Source: a virus. Taken from it: DNA of 64,000 bases. The notes below the pieces were generated by a model that ran no database searches, had not been told where the DNA came from, and saw only the letters and a list, made by a program, of their open reading frames with translations. Location of the stretch: positions 6,113 through 70,112 of the IMG/VR virus record IMGVR_UViG_3300010401_000005. One strand, 5' to 3'. The position numbers were made by a program, and so were the translations under genes. Below, in pieces: positions 39,601 to 48,682 of the stretch (the first letter of the stretch is position 1; each line of letters opens with the position of its first letter).

Positions 39601-41763
39601 TCAGGATATTCCGCCTGCACCACCGGAGAAGCGGACAACTTTGCGCGTAGTTGGATAAGAGAGACTTGCGGTCGGGTTCCCACCGCCCGCCACAGGTGCC
39701 GCCGACGTAGTGACACTCACTGAGGAACTATTCACCACCCCGCCGTCTGTGTCCGTCACCACCACCCGATACCAATAAGTTGTGTTGGCGGTCAAACCCG
39801 TATCGCCGTAAGAGGTGGCGGAACTGTTCGGTCCAATGTTTGAAAAACTCCCTGGCGATCCTGCAACGTCAGGCGCACGTTGGAACTGATAGTTATAGGG
39901 CGACGTTCCCCCGCTCGCTGCCGTGGTAGAGACGGTCAGGGTGGTGGCGGTGACAAGGGAGGTGCTGACGACGCCGGTTGCGAGAAAACTCCATGTTGTA
40001 TCCTGGTTAATGTGGAATGCGGTGTCGGAATCAAAGACGATCCGCTCTCTGACGTACCCCGCGTTGTACATATCCGCGCCCGCGTCAACCACATCCCACA
40101 CGTCAAAGCCCGCGATCCATACGTCCTGCCCGGCAACCTTTTGGACGAACGAAGGTTGTGCGAAGTAGAGCGTTGTGCCGATGAGCGGAGCCGGTGCTTG
40201 CCATACGGATGTTGGCGTACTTGCCGATAATCCTAAAACGGTTGTGGCTACCTGATACTGCGCGGCAACCTGCGTCTGCGCCCCGTAGAGCAGACCCTTC
40301 CCCGTCATTAAGAAGATATAGCCGTTGCGCTCAAACATCTGCGGGGCTTCCTGGTTTGTTCCCGCAAATATAGTACCCCCTGTCGCCGTAAACGAGCAGT
40401 TGCCCGTTGCCGAGTCCGCTTTGTACGCTACAACATGATCCCCGCCGACAGCAGAGTTCGTGTACACAAACCACACATCGTTATTGCTCTGCACAAAGGC
40501 GCAACAGTCCTTGACTCCGAAACCGTCAGGTTTGAAGGGTGTTGCAACGTTGGTAAAGGCGCTTGCAGGAGTCGGCGCGTAAGAGATCAGGCAGTAATCG
40601 TCGTCATTGTAGTTTACGGCGACGTGTGAGTAAATAAGGTACTGCTTGTTCGCGTCCCCGGCTGTATTGGGATTGCGTATCATCGTCGGGCGCTCTATGT
40701 GCTGTTCGCCCGCAACAAGCCCCGGCAAGGTGGAGAGAACGTAGAAGGGTGAACCGTCCGCATTCGGGCTTTCCCAATTCAAAAGGTCGGTTGAACGATA
40801 GAGACACGTTCCGTAGTAGAAGTTCCCATCGGGCGGATAGGCCCCGGTTTCAACATTGTCCGGGTTCATCTTATCGCCTAGCCGGTAGTAATACCCGCTA
40901 TGCGCCGTGTCGTCTAAGTAATGCCCACCGTGCGATTCGATCCTCGCGCTACGAATGCCGCTATCCCAATCGTACTCCCCTTGCTGCACCGTCAAGAGAG
41001 GCGCGAACTGCGCGGGAACGTTGTAGTAGAACTCCACCACTTCGCTATAGTTAGTCGGACAGGAGGCGTCATAACAGACGACCTTCACCTTCTGCTGTAC
41101 GCTCGTACTTGTCGGAGTAAACGCCCCGGTGTTACTCGCATTCGTCGGAGTCCCCGGTTCTGTTCCGTCGCTTGTCGCAAGCCAGTAACACGTTCCCGAA
41201 GTCGTGCGGCTTGTAAAGGTGATCGACTGCCCTACCGCGTACCGTCCGCTTCCGGGAGTTGCGCGAGGTCGGCAAGGTCGGTAGTTAGCCATCGCCAGGT
41301 TTACCGGCCCCTCCCATGCCAACTCCGTAAAGTCAAACGATCCGCTCTTGACGTTGATAACATCCCAATACCGATGACTCCCTGCTCCGCTTATCGCCTT
41401 CCTATTCCACGCCCCTCGGAATGTGCTACCGCTTGAGGTCGGATAGTCTGCCGTTCCAAGAGGGATAAAGGTACTTGTCAGGATGATGTAGGTTATGTTA
41501 TCGTCGCTGTAGCGCAGGTTTGCCCCGCTCGTAAGCGTTGCAAAGTTAGTCCCTGTTCGGTCAAAGCGGGGTATCCATAGCATCGCGTCAGGCGTGACGT
41601 TTACGCCCATATCCTGCCCTATATGGATCGTATTACCCGTAGCGTTGGAGGCGTAGAAGGTCGTCGTATCGTCGTCATTAGACTTCGATAGGGCGTATGT
41701 GGGGCTAAAGGCGGTGGAGCCTATCGCCGTTCCGATATATTCAACTGCACCTGTGGTGGGCAT
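39601..41763 (-). CDS. receptor-binding protein with GH43-like five-bladed propeller and FN3 domain
   Basis: IESHGG, YRSTDLLNW, IERP, EAP..FERNG...LMT; C-terminal Y.DTGLTANTTYWYRV. Confidence 0.75.
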   Translation of the reverse strand: MPTTGAVEYIGTAIGSTAFSPTYALSKSNDDDTTTFYASNATGNTIHIGQDMGVNVTPDAMLWIPRFDRTGTNFATLTSGANLRYSDDNITYIILTSTFIPLGTADYPTSSGSTFRGAWNRKAISGAGSHRYWDVINVKSGSFDFTELAWEGPVNLAMANYRPCRPRATPGSGRYAVGQSITFTSRTTSGTCYWLATSDGTEPGTPTNASNTGAFTPTSTSVQQKVKVVCYDASCPTNYSEVVEFYYNVPAQFAPLLTVQQGEYDWDSGIRSARIESHGGHYLDDTAHSGYYYRLGDKMNPDNVETGAYPPDGNFYYGTCLYRSTDLLNWESPNADGSPFYVLSTLPGLVAGEQHIERPTMIRNPNTAGDANKQYLIYSHVAVNYNDDDYCLISYAPTPASAFTNVATPFKPDGFGVKDCCAFVQSNNDVWFVYTNSAVGGDHVVAYKADSATGNCSFTATGGTIFAGTNQEAPQMFERNGYIFLMTGKGLLYGAQTQVAAQYQVATTVLGLSASTPTSVWQAPAPLIGTTLYFAQPSFVQKVAGQDVWIAGFDVWDVVDAGADMYNAGYVRERIVFDSDTAFHINQDTTWSFLATGVVSTSLVTATTLTVSTTAASGGTSPYNYQFQRAPDVAGSPGSFSNIGPNSSATSYGDTGLTANTTYWYRVVVTDTDGGVVNSSSVSVTTSAAPVAGGGNPTASLSYPTTRKVVRFSGGAGGIS

Positions 41764-41821
41764 AAAGTAACCTTTTCTTCGGGTACACTGTCAGATAAAG
41801 CGAAAGGAACCAAAACCGAAA

Positions 41822-42154
41822 ATGAATCCTCAGATACTCAAACAAATAACCGAAAAGCATCCTATTCCGTGGAAACTCGGAACTTCTTTCTCCGAATCGT
41901 GTTCGGTGAATGATGCCAACGGCAATAGTATTTGCAAAGTCACATCTCGCAATCCCGAAGGCGTCCCTGCGGAGATACTTGCAACTCTCCTGATCGAGTC
42001 TGTTCAATACGAACTTATCGAGACTACCCCAACGTCCAACTTCTTCCAGGGCGAAGACGGAAAACAGTATGTCGTTTGCGCCGATCCGGTCGCGCAGACC
42101 ATCACCATACGAGGAGTAAATAACGACTTTCTCCACACCTTTCCCAATCCCTAA
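41822..42154 (+). CDS. hypothetical protein inserted antisense in tail module
   Basis: AAAGGA RBS; fills a gap lacking a credible minus-strand gene. Confidence 0.6.
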   Translation: MNPQILKQITEKHPIPWKLGTSFSESCSVNDANGNSICKVTSRNPEGVPAEILATLLIESVQYELIETTPTSNFFQGEDGKQYVVCADPVAQTITIRGVNNDFLHTFPNP

Positions 42155-42190
42155 AGTAATGCCAACTACTGCCGAGAGTATTCCGCCTTC

Positions 42191-42589
42191 TCAGTACCGA
42201 TACTCCACTATCACCAACCCCGTAACCAATGCCGTCAAAACGGTCATCACGGCACCAGAGAGGGAGAAACTTGCAGGATCTATCCTCAGCCCCGCTATGT
42301 AGACCTTCAAACTCCCTGCGGTCGGTGTATGCGCTAAGGTGTAGTTTGTGTTCAGTCCCGACACTGCCCCTGTCGGTTTCTCGTTATCCACAAAGTTATA
42401 CGATATGCCACCTGCGCCGGTCGCACCTGCCGCTCCCGGTGCACCTGTGGCCCCAACACTTCCAGTATCGCCCTTCACGCCCTGTATCCCCTGCGCTCCA
42501 GTTGCGCCAACGCTGCCCGCATCGCCTTTATCCCCCTTCGGGCCAACAGGCAGATTATCGCTTGAGAGAACGCCGCCAAAACGTGTCAT
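42191..42589 (-). CDS. collagen-like fibre protein
   Basis: (Gly-X-Y)n GPKGDKGDAGSVGATGAQGIQG... Confidence 0.8.
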   Translation of the reverse strand: MTRFGGVLSSDNLPVGPKGDKGDAGSVGATGAQGIQGVKGDTGSVGATGAPGAAGATGAGGISYNFVDNEKPTGAVSGLNTNYTLAHTPTAGSLKVYIAGLRIDPASFSLSGAVMTVLTALVTGLVIVEYRY

Positions 42590-43134
42590 GCCACTATCCC
42601 CTTTGCTCGGAGGTCTTCGATAAGCGTTCCGAGCGTGTCCGCAATCTCATCCAGCGTCGTAGCATTCGCATCATACGCCCGGTCTGTGGTCACGTTGGTA
42701 ATGTTGTACGTCTGCGTAGCACCGAACGAAGCGTTGGTCGCAATCCTGTACCACTTACTCGCCCCGTCTGACTGAAACCAATAAGCCGCATCTGACGGAA
42801 TAGAAACCGTGTCTATCGTGTCATCAGAACTCGACGGAACCAGAGTAACGGCATTTACCCCATTGTTGACTAACCTAACTATCGAGGTCAGCATGGTCAC
42901 AGTCGGCAGAAACGTGAAAGACGCCGCTGCGCCCGATGCGGTAAAAATCACCGTGCCGTTGTTGTCCGTGGTCTGCATCACGTCGTTGGAATTGGTCAAA
43001 TCCACGACACGGATACCAGGCGCGGCAACGGCTTGCAGGCGATTCAGGGCGTTCGTGATATTCACGAGGCTCTGTTCGGTCTGATAGCCTTTACCAGGCA
43101 GGACTTCGCTAACTAATCGGGTCGGCGCAACCAC
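42586..43134 (-). CDS. minor tail/fibre protein
   Basis: C-terminal TLIEDLRAKGI trimer-like motif; beta-rich. Confidence 0.65.
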   Translation of the reverse strand: MVAPTRLVSEVLPGKGYQTEQSLVNITNALNRLQAVAAPGIRVVDLTNSNDVMQTTDNNGTVIFTASGAAASFTFLPTVTMLTSIVRLVNNGVNAVTLVPSSSDDTIDTVSIPSDAAYWFQSDGASKWYRIATNASFGATQTYNITNVTTDRAYDANATTLDEIADTLGTLIEDLRAKGIVA

Positions 43135-43358
43135 TAGACTTTAATCCCTTTTGCGTGCAATGTCGCCTGCACCGCTATGCTGTCGTCTACAAAAGAGAGA
43201 CCGTCAAACGCATCTACTTCAACGACGTACCGCCCCTGTGCCCATTGACGTGCCCATTCTTTTTGCTCCTTTGTGTTGTTCTTGGAAACAAAGGTTCGGT
43301 TCGGCTTTACGCAGCTCCGAAACATACCGATATGTGCCTGCATGGATTCAATCATCAT
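43134..43358 (-). CDS. hypothetical protein
   Basis: 74 aa, coupled on both sides. Confidence 0.5.
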   Translation of the reverse strand: MMIESMQAHIGMFRSCVKPNRTFVSKNNTKEQKEWARQWAQGRYVVEVDAFDGLSFVDDSIAVQATLHAKGIKV

Positions 43359-43579
43359 CCGCTCACTTTCGTGTAAGGGTATCGCCCCTTGATATGCTCC
43401 GCAAGGTACTTGCCTGCACTCGGGGCACTCATCAATCCGATGTACTCCGATTCAGGAACGCCCGCATATTGGCCTACATCGCCGAGAGTGCCGTTCTTGC
43501 CTTTGAAACCAACCTCCATGACGTTATTCTCCCACCCCACATCAGCGAGGTTACTTGACTGAACCGGAAATCTCACCAT
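43355..43579 (-). CDS. KTSC-domain protein
   Basis: VQSSNL..VGW....EV.F...Y.GVP...Y..LM.APSAGKY...IKG.Y. Confidence 0.88.
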   Translation of the reverse strand: MVRFPVQSSNLADVGWENNVMEVGFKGKNGTLGDVGQYAGVPESEYIGLMSAPSAGKYLAEHIKGRYPYTKVSG

Positions 43580-43618
43580 AGTCTTTCCTTTCAGGCCGTT
43601 GACGGAGAAAAAATTTCC

Positions 43619-45562
43619 TCACCCTACCAGAACGGCCTCTATCAACTGATCGCTCAACTCTACCCCCGTGCCTGCAAGGTTCACCGTAATATCGAATGCC
43701 CTGCCGGTCGCGGAGGCAGGAAACTCCTGCGAGAACAATATCCCCTGCGCGGAGTCGGATTCGATACTTGCGAGGGTGTAGGTTTGTGTGCGTCCATCTA
43801 CCGTCACCACCACCGTACCCGACATCGAGGTACCGCTTCCGAAGATCCGCCACCTTGCAAGCCTCTTCTGCGCGGCCCTCGGTTCCTGCATCCCGATCTC
43901 GTTGCGTTCCTTCGACGGCATGGTAAAGTCCAGAAACCGGGTACGGACAGACATGCCAGTTGTGGCGACGTTTTGGCTGATGAGATCCAACAAACTGATC
44001 TTCTGCGCGTCGGTGCGCCCCATAAGCGCCAATGCGGGCGAGTTCGGCGGATATGCCACCACCGCACAATTCACCGTGACGCCCACAGAAATTGTGAGCC
44101 ATTTGCGGGTATCGACGTTAAAGGCATACATGCTTGTACCGATGCACAGGACATAGTGCCGCTGAACGAAGAAGGCGGTCGCGGCATACATCGAAGCAAT
44201 CCCCGCCGTGGTGGACATCAGGGTATAAAATTTGTCATCCAAATCCCCGCTGATCTTCTGAACCTCAAACTGCTGACCAATCGCATACACGCCGTCCTGA
44301 GACAGAAACAGCACTTCGTTGTCACACCGTATCATCGCATCAGGGCTTACGTTCCCATGATCGGACACCTTGCGCGGTATGAAGTCCACGATTGAGTCAC
44401 CGAACAGTACCCACGTTGAGCGTCGTCGCCCGATACACAGAACGGAACCCAGAGACGCCAATCCGGTCACGTCGTTACCACTATCCGAAGAAATCTGTAA
44501 GGTGATTCCGTCATTCGGGTTTGTCACCTGTTGGTTCACATCCAGCAGTAACCCGGTTGTAGAGAACTGCGTTGCACTCCCAAAGTTACTGATTTGAATA
44601 CTGTTCGCATCACTATTCACATTCAGAATCACATAGTTCTTATGCGTCGTGATGATCGAGGCGGGTAGCGGCGGGTCGTTTTGACCGAAGTTGGGCGCAC
44701 TCGCCCCCGCTGCCACCTGCGCGTCCGTAAAATTGTCCGTCAACACCACGCCGCCGCCCTTGTTGGTCGTGGAACCGATTTTGTAGTACAGCGCCCCGTT
44801 GCCGGTAGTAGCATAGATATTCGCGCTCACCACGTCCGCAAAGGTGGTGTTAAACCCTATCGGCATCGTGATGTCACCCACATCCGTTAAGCCCCCACCG
44901 AAGGCGAGAACGGAGGAAGGAGGAGAGGGACTGCTTTCTCTGCCCTGATTGTCCACCGTCGTGAAAACATAGGTTCTGTTGCCGGTAGGGTTCTGTGGGC
45001 CTCCAGGCGTCCGCAAGGCGACGGTGAGGGCGTTCATGGTCTGCAATCCCATGTTGTACCAATCACCGTTAGCGAGCATCCGGTAGTTGGCGATGTTGTT
45101 CTGATCCTGCACCCCGTACAGTTCTGGCCCGAACGCTGCGAAACGACACCGGAGAGCGTTGAACACGCCTATCGTGCCGCCCTTGTTGTCAAACGTCGGC
45201 GGGTACGTCAGCGTCCCCCCATCCGCAGGAGATACGAGGGCGTAGGAGGTAAGAACTTGCGCGGAACCACTATAGAGGGCCATCGCCAGTCGTGCCGGTG
45301 CGGGCGTGGTCGGTGTCGGGCCGGAGTTTATTACCACATCCTGCTGTGGGAGCCACCCTAAACCGTAGGCGTTGGATGTGACGGAGGCGAGTGTTGGCGT
45401 AAAGGTCAGGTCTACGTTTCGCACGTTCCCCCGGATCTTGCCCAATCTATCGCACAGAAAGTTGACAAGAGATTGTGCTTCCAGCGGGCCGAGGGCGGCG
45501 GGATCTTTCGCAGAGTTCTGTCCCTGCGGTGCTGATACGAGGTCATGGGATAACCGGGCGAT
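43619..45562 (-). CDS. tail nozzle / tubular-B-like protein, probable ATC start
   Basis: beta-propeller-like composition; frame open 39 codons upstream of the TTG at 45445 to an ATC 7 nt after GAGAGGA. Confidence 0.7.
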   Translation of the reverse strand: MARLSHDLVSAPQGQNSAKDPAALGPLEAQSLVNFLCDRLGKIRGNVRNVDLTFTPTLASVTSNAYGLGWLPQQDVVINSGPTPTTPAPARLAMALYSGSAQVLTSYALVSPADGGTLTYPPTFDNKGGTIGVFNALRCRFAAFGPELYGVQDQNNIANYRMLANGDWYNMGLQTMNALTVALRTPGGPQNPTGNRTYVFTTVDNQGRESSPSPPSSVLAFGGGLTDVGDITMPIGFNTTFADVVSANIYATTGNGALYYKIGSTTNKGGGVVLTDNFTDAQVAAGASAPNFGQNDPPLPASIITTHKNYVILNVNSDANSIQISNFGSATQFSTTGLLLDVNQQVTNPNDGITLQISSDSGNDVTGLASLGSVLCIGRRRSTWVLFGDSIVDFIPRKVSDHGNVSPDAMIRCDNEVLFLSQDGVYAIGQQFEVQKISGDLDDKFYTLMSTTAGIASMYAATAFFVQRHYVLCIGTSMYAFNVDTRKWLTISVGVTVNCAVVAYPPNSPALALMGRTDAQKISLLDLISQNVATTGMSVRTRFLDFTMPSKERNEIGMQEPRAAQKRLARWRIFGSGTSMSGTVVVTVDGRTQTYTLASIESDSAQGILFSQEFPASATGRAFDITVNLAGTGVELSDQLIEAVLVG

Positions 45563-45566
45563 GTGT

Positions 45567-45812
45567 CTATCCTCTCAGAACTTGAATAGCAAACTTAATA
45601 CGCTTCGCTATTTTCCGCCACCACGAAACACGAATTAGTCCTACCGCTTCGTAAGCAAATAAGTGCTTTGTTGGCGACAGTTCAACATCACTCATGCTTC
45701 GATGAGGGGCTTTAAGGAAAACCTTGCCATCTTCTACCCGATAAAACTCTCTCCATCCCACGCAAGGAACCAGTTTCTTACCTCGTTTTTGCAATTCTTC
45801 TTGTGTCATCAC
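45567..45812 (-). CDS. hypothetical basic protein
   Basis: 81 aa, coupled. Confidence 0.5.
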   Translation of the reverse strand: MMTQEELQKRGKKLVPCVGWREFYRVEDGKVFLKAPHRSMSDVELSPTKHLFAYEAVGLIRVSWWRKIAKRIKFAIQVLRG

Positions 45813-46072
45813 TTTATTCCGTTCGGGCCACGCATCCGGCCTGCCTTAAACTGTTTCGGGGTCATCGGCTTCGGCGGTGCGCCTGCATTGCTGACCTTGC
45901 CCTGCGTAACAGGGGTTGCCATACCGGGCGTCGGCTTCATCGGCGTGCTGATTTTCACCGCAACCGCCGCTTTCGTCGGGCGCGGGGTGGAGGGCATGGG
46001 TTTTGGTTGTGCCTGCATGACGGGCGGTATGATGGGTTGCGGTGCGCGAACTGGCATGGTCGTTTTCTTCAT
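45809..46072 (-). CDS. Pro/Lys-rich low-complexity basic protein
   Basis: TAATG coupling; PKPM/KP repeats. Confidence 0.55.
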   Translation of the reverse strand: MKKTTMPVRAPQPIIPPVMQAQPKPMPSTPRPTKAAVAVKISTPMKPTPGMATPVTQGKVSNAGAPPKPMTPKQFKAGRMRGPNGIK

Positions 46073-46305
46073 TATAGTTTCTCATTTCTCGCAATGGCGG
46101 CATTGGCCCAGAAGCAGGCGGTTTCGAGTTCTGTGATTGCAACGCTTCGTTCTCGTGACGGCGGGCAGAGCGTCAGCAGGAGAGTGGCGAAGTCCTTTGC
46201 GCCGTTACGAATGGCGATATATCGCTCCTGCTGTCCGGGCAGAGGCGGATGGTAGGTAAAGTTGTTCTCGTTGCGCTTCAGGTCGTCTTCTGTTGGTTCG
46301 TACAA
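46072..46305 (-). CDS. Acb2/Tad1-like helical hairpin protein (copy 1)
   Basis: AAGGAG + TTG start; NNFTYHPP..Q.ERY..IR...CPPSRE.SVAITELETACFWANAAIARNE. Confidence 0.72.
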   Translation of the reverse strand: MYEPTEDDLKRNENNFTYHPPLPGQQERYIAIRNGAKDFATLLLTLCPPSRERSVAITELETACFWANAAIARNEKL

Positions 46306-46336
46306 AGGTTTTTGCTCCTTATGGTATAATGTCCCC

Positions 46337-46462
46337 ACCTTGCAGGGGAAATGCGTAAGACGGGATGGTCCGCTATGATCGAGCGGGGCTTCGCGAAACG
46401 GGGCATTCCAGCAGTTCGAGTCTGCATTCCTGATCCTTACGCCGGGTAGAGGAAGAGGGGAC
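46337..46462 (+). ncRNA. cloverleaf tRNA-like small RNA
   Basis: TGGTATAAT at 46322-46330; arms CCGCT/AGCGG, CTTCG/CGGGG, T-arm GCAG-TTCGAGT-CTGC; closing stems CGGGA/TCCTG and GCGTAAG/CTTACGC. Confidence 0.62.
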
Positions 46463-46488
46463 AAAGCGCACGTTTCCTTTTCCTCTCT

Positions 46489-47280
46489 CTAAACCCACCT
46501 TATCCGTCTCCTCGACGCCGCAACAAGCGACGGCTGTAACGCCTCATTCCCCCGATTCAGCCATTTGATAATATCGTCTATCCCCCGCGCCGACGATGCC
46601 CCGTAGAGTTGCAAATGCTGAACTGCCATCGGTTGATCGGGTCGCATCTGACACAACTTCACCACCGCCATATCTTCAATGACCTCAATATAGTCCATTG
46701 GCAACTGATCCAACGTTGCCTGATCGTTGGTGAAGTTGGGCAGTCCTGTTCCTACCCACAGCGTAAGTGTGCCTGACGTATCGGGTGCAGGCAGAATTGC
46801 CAGTTGGTAGGCTTCGAGGAAGAACCAACGCGGCTGTCCGGGGTTTTGCAACTCCATCGTCTGCCCCTGTCGATCCAACTGCCTGTAATCAGTCGGTTTC
46901 AGTCGTATCGGGGTGTCTCCAGTGGTCCATATCACCCGCTTGACCTCATTGATACTATTCTGCAACCCGTAGATATGTCCCTGAAGCGGTATCCACAACG
47001 GGCCATTCGCGGATTGCGCCGACACGTCAATTGTCACCGAGGTTGCGGAGTGAAACATCGTACGGCGGCTGATTTCACGGATGCTATCCCCTATCGCCTG
47101 ATTCAACACCACGTTTGACGGCCACGATTCTCCTGCGGGTTCCTCGCCTGGAACCGCCCCGTCGATGTCGTCAATAGGCGGCGTGATGCCCTTCTTGCGG
47201 CGGATGGTATCGCGCATGTTCGGACGCGTGATAAAGGTTTGCGCGCTGTCGGATTCTTGCCACACGTCAGGAACCGCCAT
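46489..47280 (-). CDS. head-tail adaptor / tubular-A-like protein (paralog 1)
   Basis: LNQAI..SIREI, P.WF...LAILPAPD..GTL, LP.DY; position before nozzle. Confidence 0.7.
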   Translation of the reverse strand: MAVPDVWQESDSAQTFITRPNMRDTIRRKKGITPPIDDIDGAVPGEEPAGESWPSNVVLNQAIGDSIREISRRTMFHSATSVTIDVSAQSANGPLWIPLQGHIYGLQNSINEVKRVIWTTGDTPIRLKPTDYRQLDRQGQTMELQNPGQPRWFFLEAYQLAILPAPDTSGTLTLWVGTGLPNFTNDQATLDQLPMDYIEVIEDMAVVKLCQMRPDQPMAVQHLQLYGASSARGIDDIIKWLNRGNEALQPSLVAASRRRIRWV

Positions 47281-48092
47281 TACTTGCCTCCCTGTGCTTG
47301 ACCCGTCGCCTGCATACGCTGCTGTTGCGTGTTTATGGGCGTCATCATCAGGATGTTTCGGGCGACTTCTACCCCGGTGTCATCGTACCCGTTCTTCCAC
47401 TGATAGACCTGAAGCATGGATTGTGCGGCCAACTGCTGAAACGCCGGGTATCGGCTCTGTGCTTCCACCGACTGCGCTTCACGAGCAGAGAGCAACATCA
47501 CGGCCCAATAGACGAGACAGAATTCGTAGTCGTCCGGGATATAGGCAGGAACGTCGGTGTCGGTAAGCAAAGCACTTTGACCCGATGCGGCAGAGAATGT
47601 GAGAATCCCCGCTTCGGTAGGGGCAGGCAAAAGGCCGATCTGTACACCGGTTGTGATAAACTGAGAAGGACGCGTCGCGGGTTTGTACTGCTGAAACTGC
47701 GTATATGCCTTCGTGGAACCGTAATATTGCTGAGGTTGGAGGCGGTTGGTGTTCCCATCCGTTCCTGTCCATAGCACGTCAAGAATCTCGGTAGCGTGAA
47801 ATACTCCACCACCGGGCGGTTCAATAGTTGACACATTCACCCATGCAACCGAACGCTTGTCAGTCGTATAAGCAGGTACAGAAATCGTGTAATCCGTGAA
47901 TGGCCCCACCCGAACGATTCTATTCAGGGCTTCGATAGCCTGATTGATAGCGGTGTTGATGGTGGGGTTGTCAGGGTCAGGTTGGGCAGTCGGAAGTGCG
48001 CCTGCCGCACCGGAGGAGGTGTCGATAGGCGGAACGATAGCGAGAAGCCTGCGCACGTCGTCTCTCATATCCGCTTGACTGTGTAATGCCAT
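47280..48092 (-). CDS. head-tail adaptor / tubular-A-like protein (paralog 2)
   Basis: INTAINQAI..LNR, P.QF...IGLLPAP..AGIL, IP.DY. Confidence 0.7.
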   Translation of the reverse strand: MALHSQADMRDDVRRLLAIVPPIDTSSGAAGALPTAQPDPDNPTINTAINQAIEALNRIVRVGPFTDYTISVPAYTTDKRSVAWVNVSTIEPPGGGVFHATEILDVLWTGTDGNTNRLQPQQYYGSTKAYTQFQQYKPATRPSQFITTGVQIGLLPAPTEAGILTFSAASGQSALLTDTDVPAYIPDDYEFCLVYWAVMLLSAREAQSVEAQSRYPAFQQLAAQSMLQVYQWKNGYDDTGVEVARNILMMTPINTQQQRMQATGQAQGGK

Positions 48093-48109
48093 TTAGAAAG
48101 GATTCCCCT

Positions 48110-48682
48110 ATGCGCTACCTGATACCGATTGTTCTCGCCGCTGTTGTCGGATGTGGCAGTGGTTCATCTCAAAAGTATACAATGTATACGAAAACTGTCG
48201 TCTTCTTAGGTGATTCCCTTGCAGGCGGGTCGTCACACGCTCCGAACGTCACCACCTACCCGAACCTTATCCCCGGCATCGTCAGCATCAACAGAGGAAT
48301 CGGCGGTGACACTTCGGCACAAATGCTTGCCCGAATCCAAGAGTGCTTTGTCCCACACCCGGAAACACTTGTCCTCGAATGCGGATTGAACGACATTCAG
48401 AACGGCGTCTCTGCGGCGTCCTACCGCGAAAATGTTGAAGCCATCATCCAGCAGTGTCACGTCCATAATATCAAAGTTATCCTCTGCACCGTACCGAATA
48501 CCAGTGTGGGCGATCCTGCCCCACTCAACGCCTCTGTGCGCTCTCTTGCCACCGAATACGGGTGTAAGGTCGCGGACATCGAATTAGCCTTACAGAAACC
48601 CGGTCTCCTTGAAGCGGATGGCGAGCATCCCAATCAACAAGGCCAAAACCTGATCGCTGCCGTCATCGGTCAGGCATTGTAG
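48110..48682 (+). CDS. SGNH/GDSL esterase lipoprotein (antisense moron)
   Basis: lipobox VVGC; FLGDS, NRGIGG, GLND, DGEHP blocks. Confidence 0.88.
   Translation: MRYLIPIVLAAVVGCGSGSSQKYTMYTKTVVFLGDSLAGGSSHAPNVTTYPNLIPGIVSINRGIGGDTSAQMLARIQECFVPHPETLVLECGLNDIQNGVSAASYRENVEAIIQQCHVHNIKVILCTVPNTSVGDPAPLNASVRSLATEYGCKVADIELALQKPGLLEADGEHPNQQGQNLIAAVIGQAL

Noticed and set aside
46361-46432. Canonical tRNA gene
   Set aside because: Has a T-arm but no 7-nt anticodon loop, no D-loop GG and no CCA; kept only as tRNA-like
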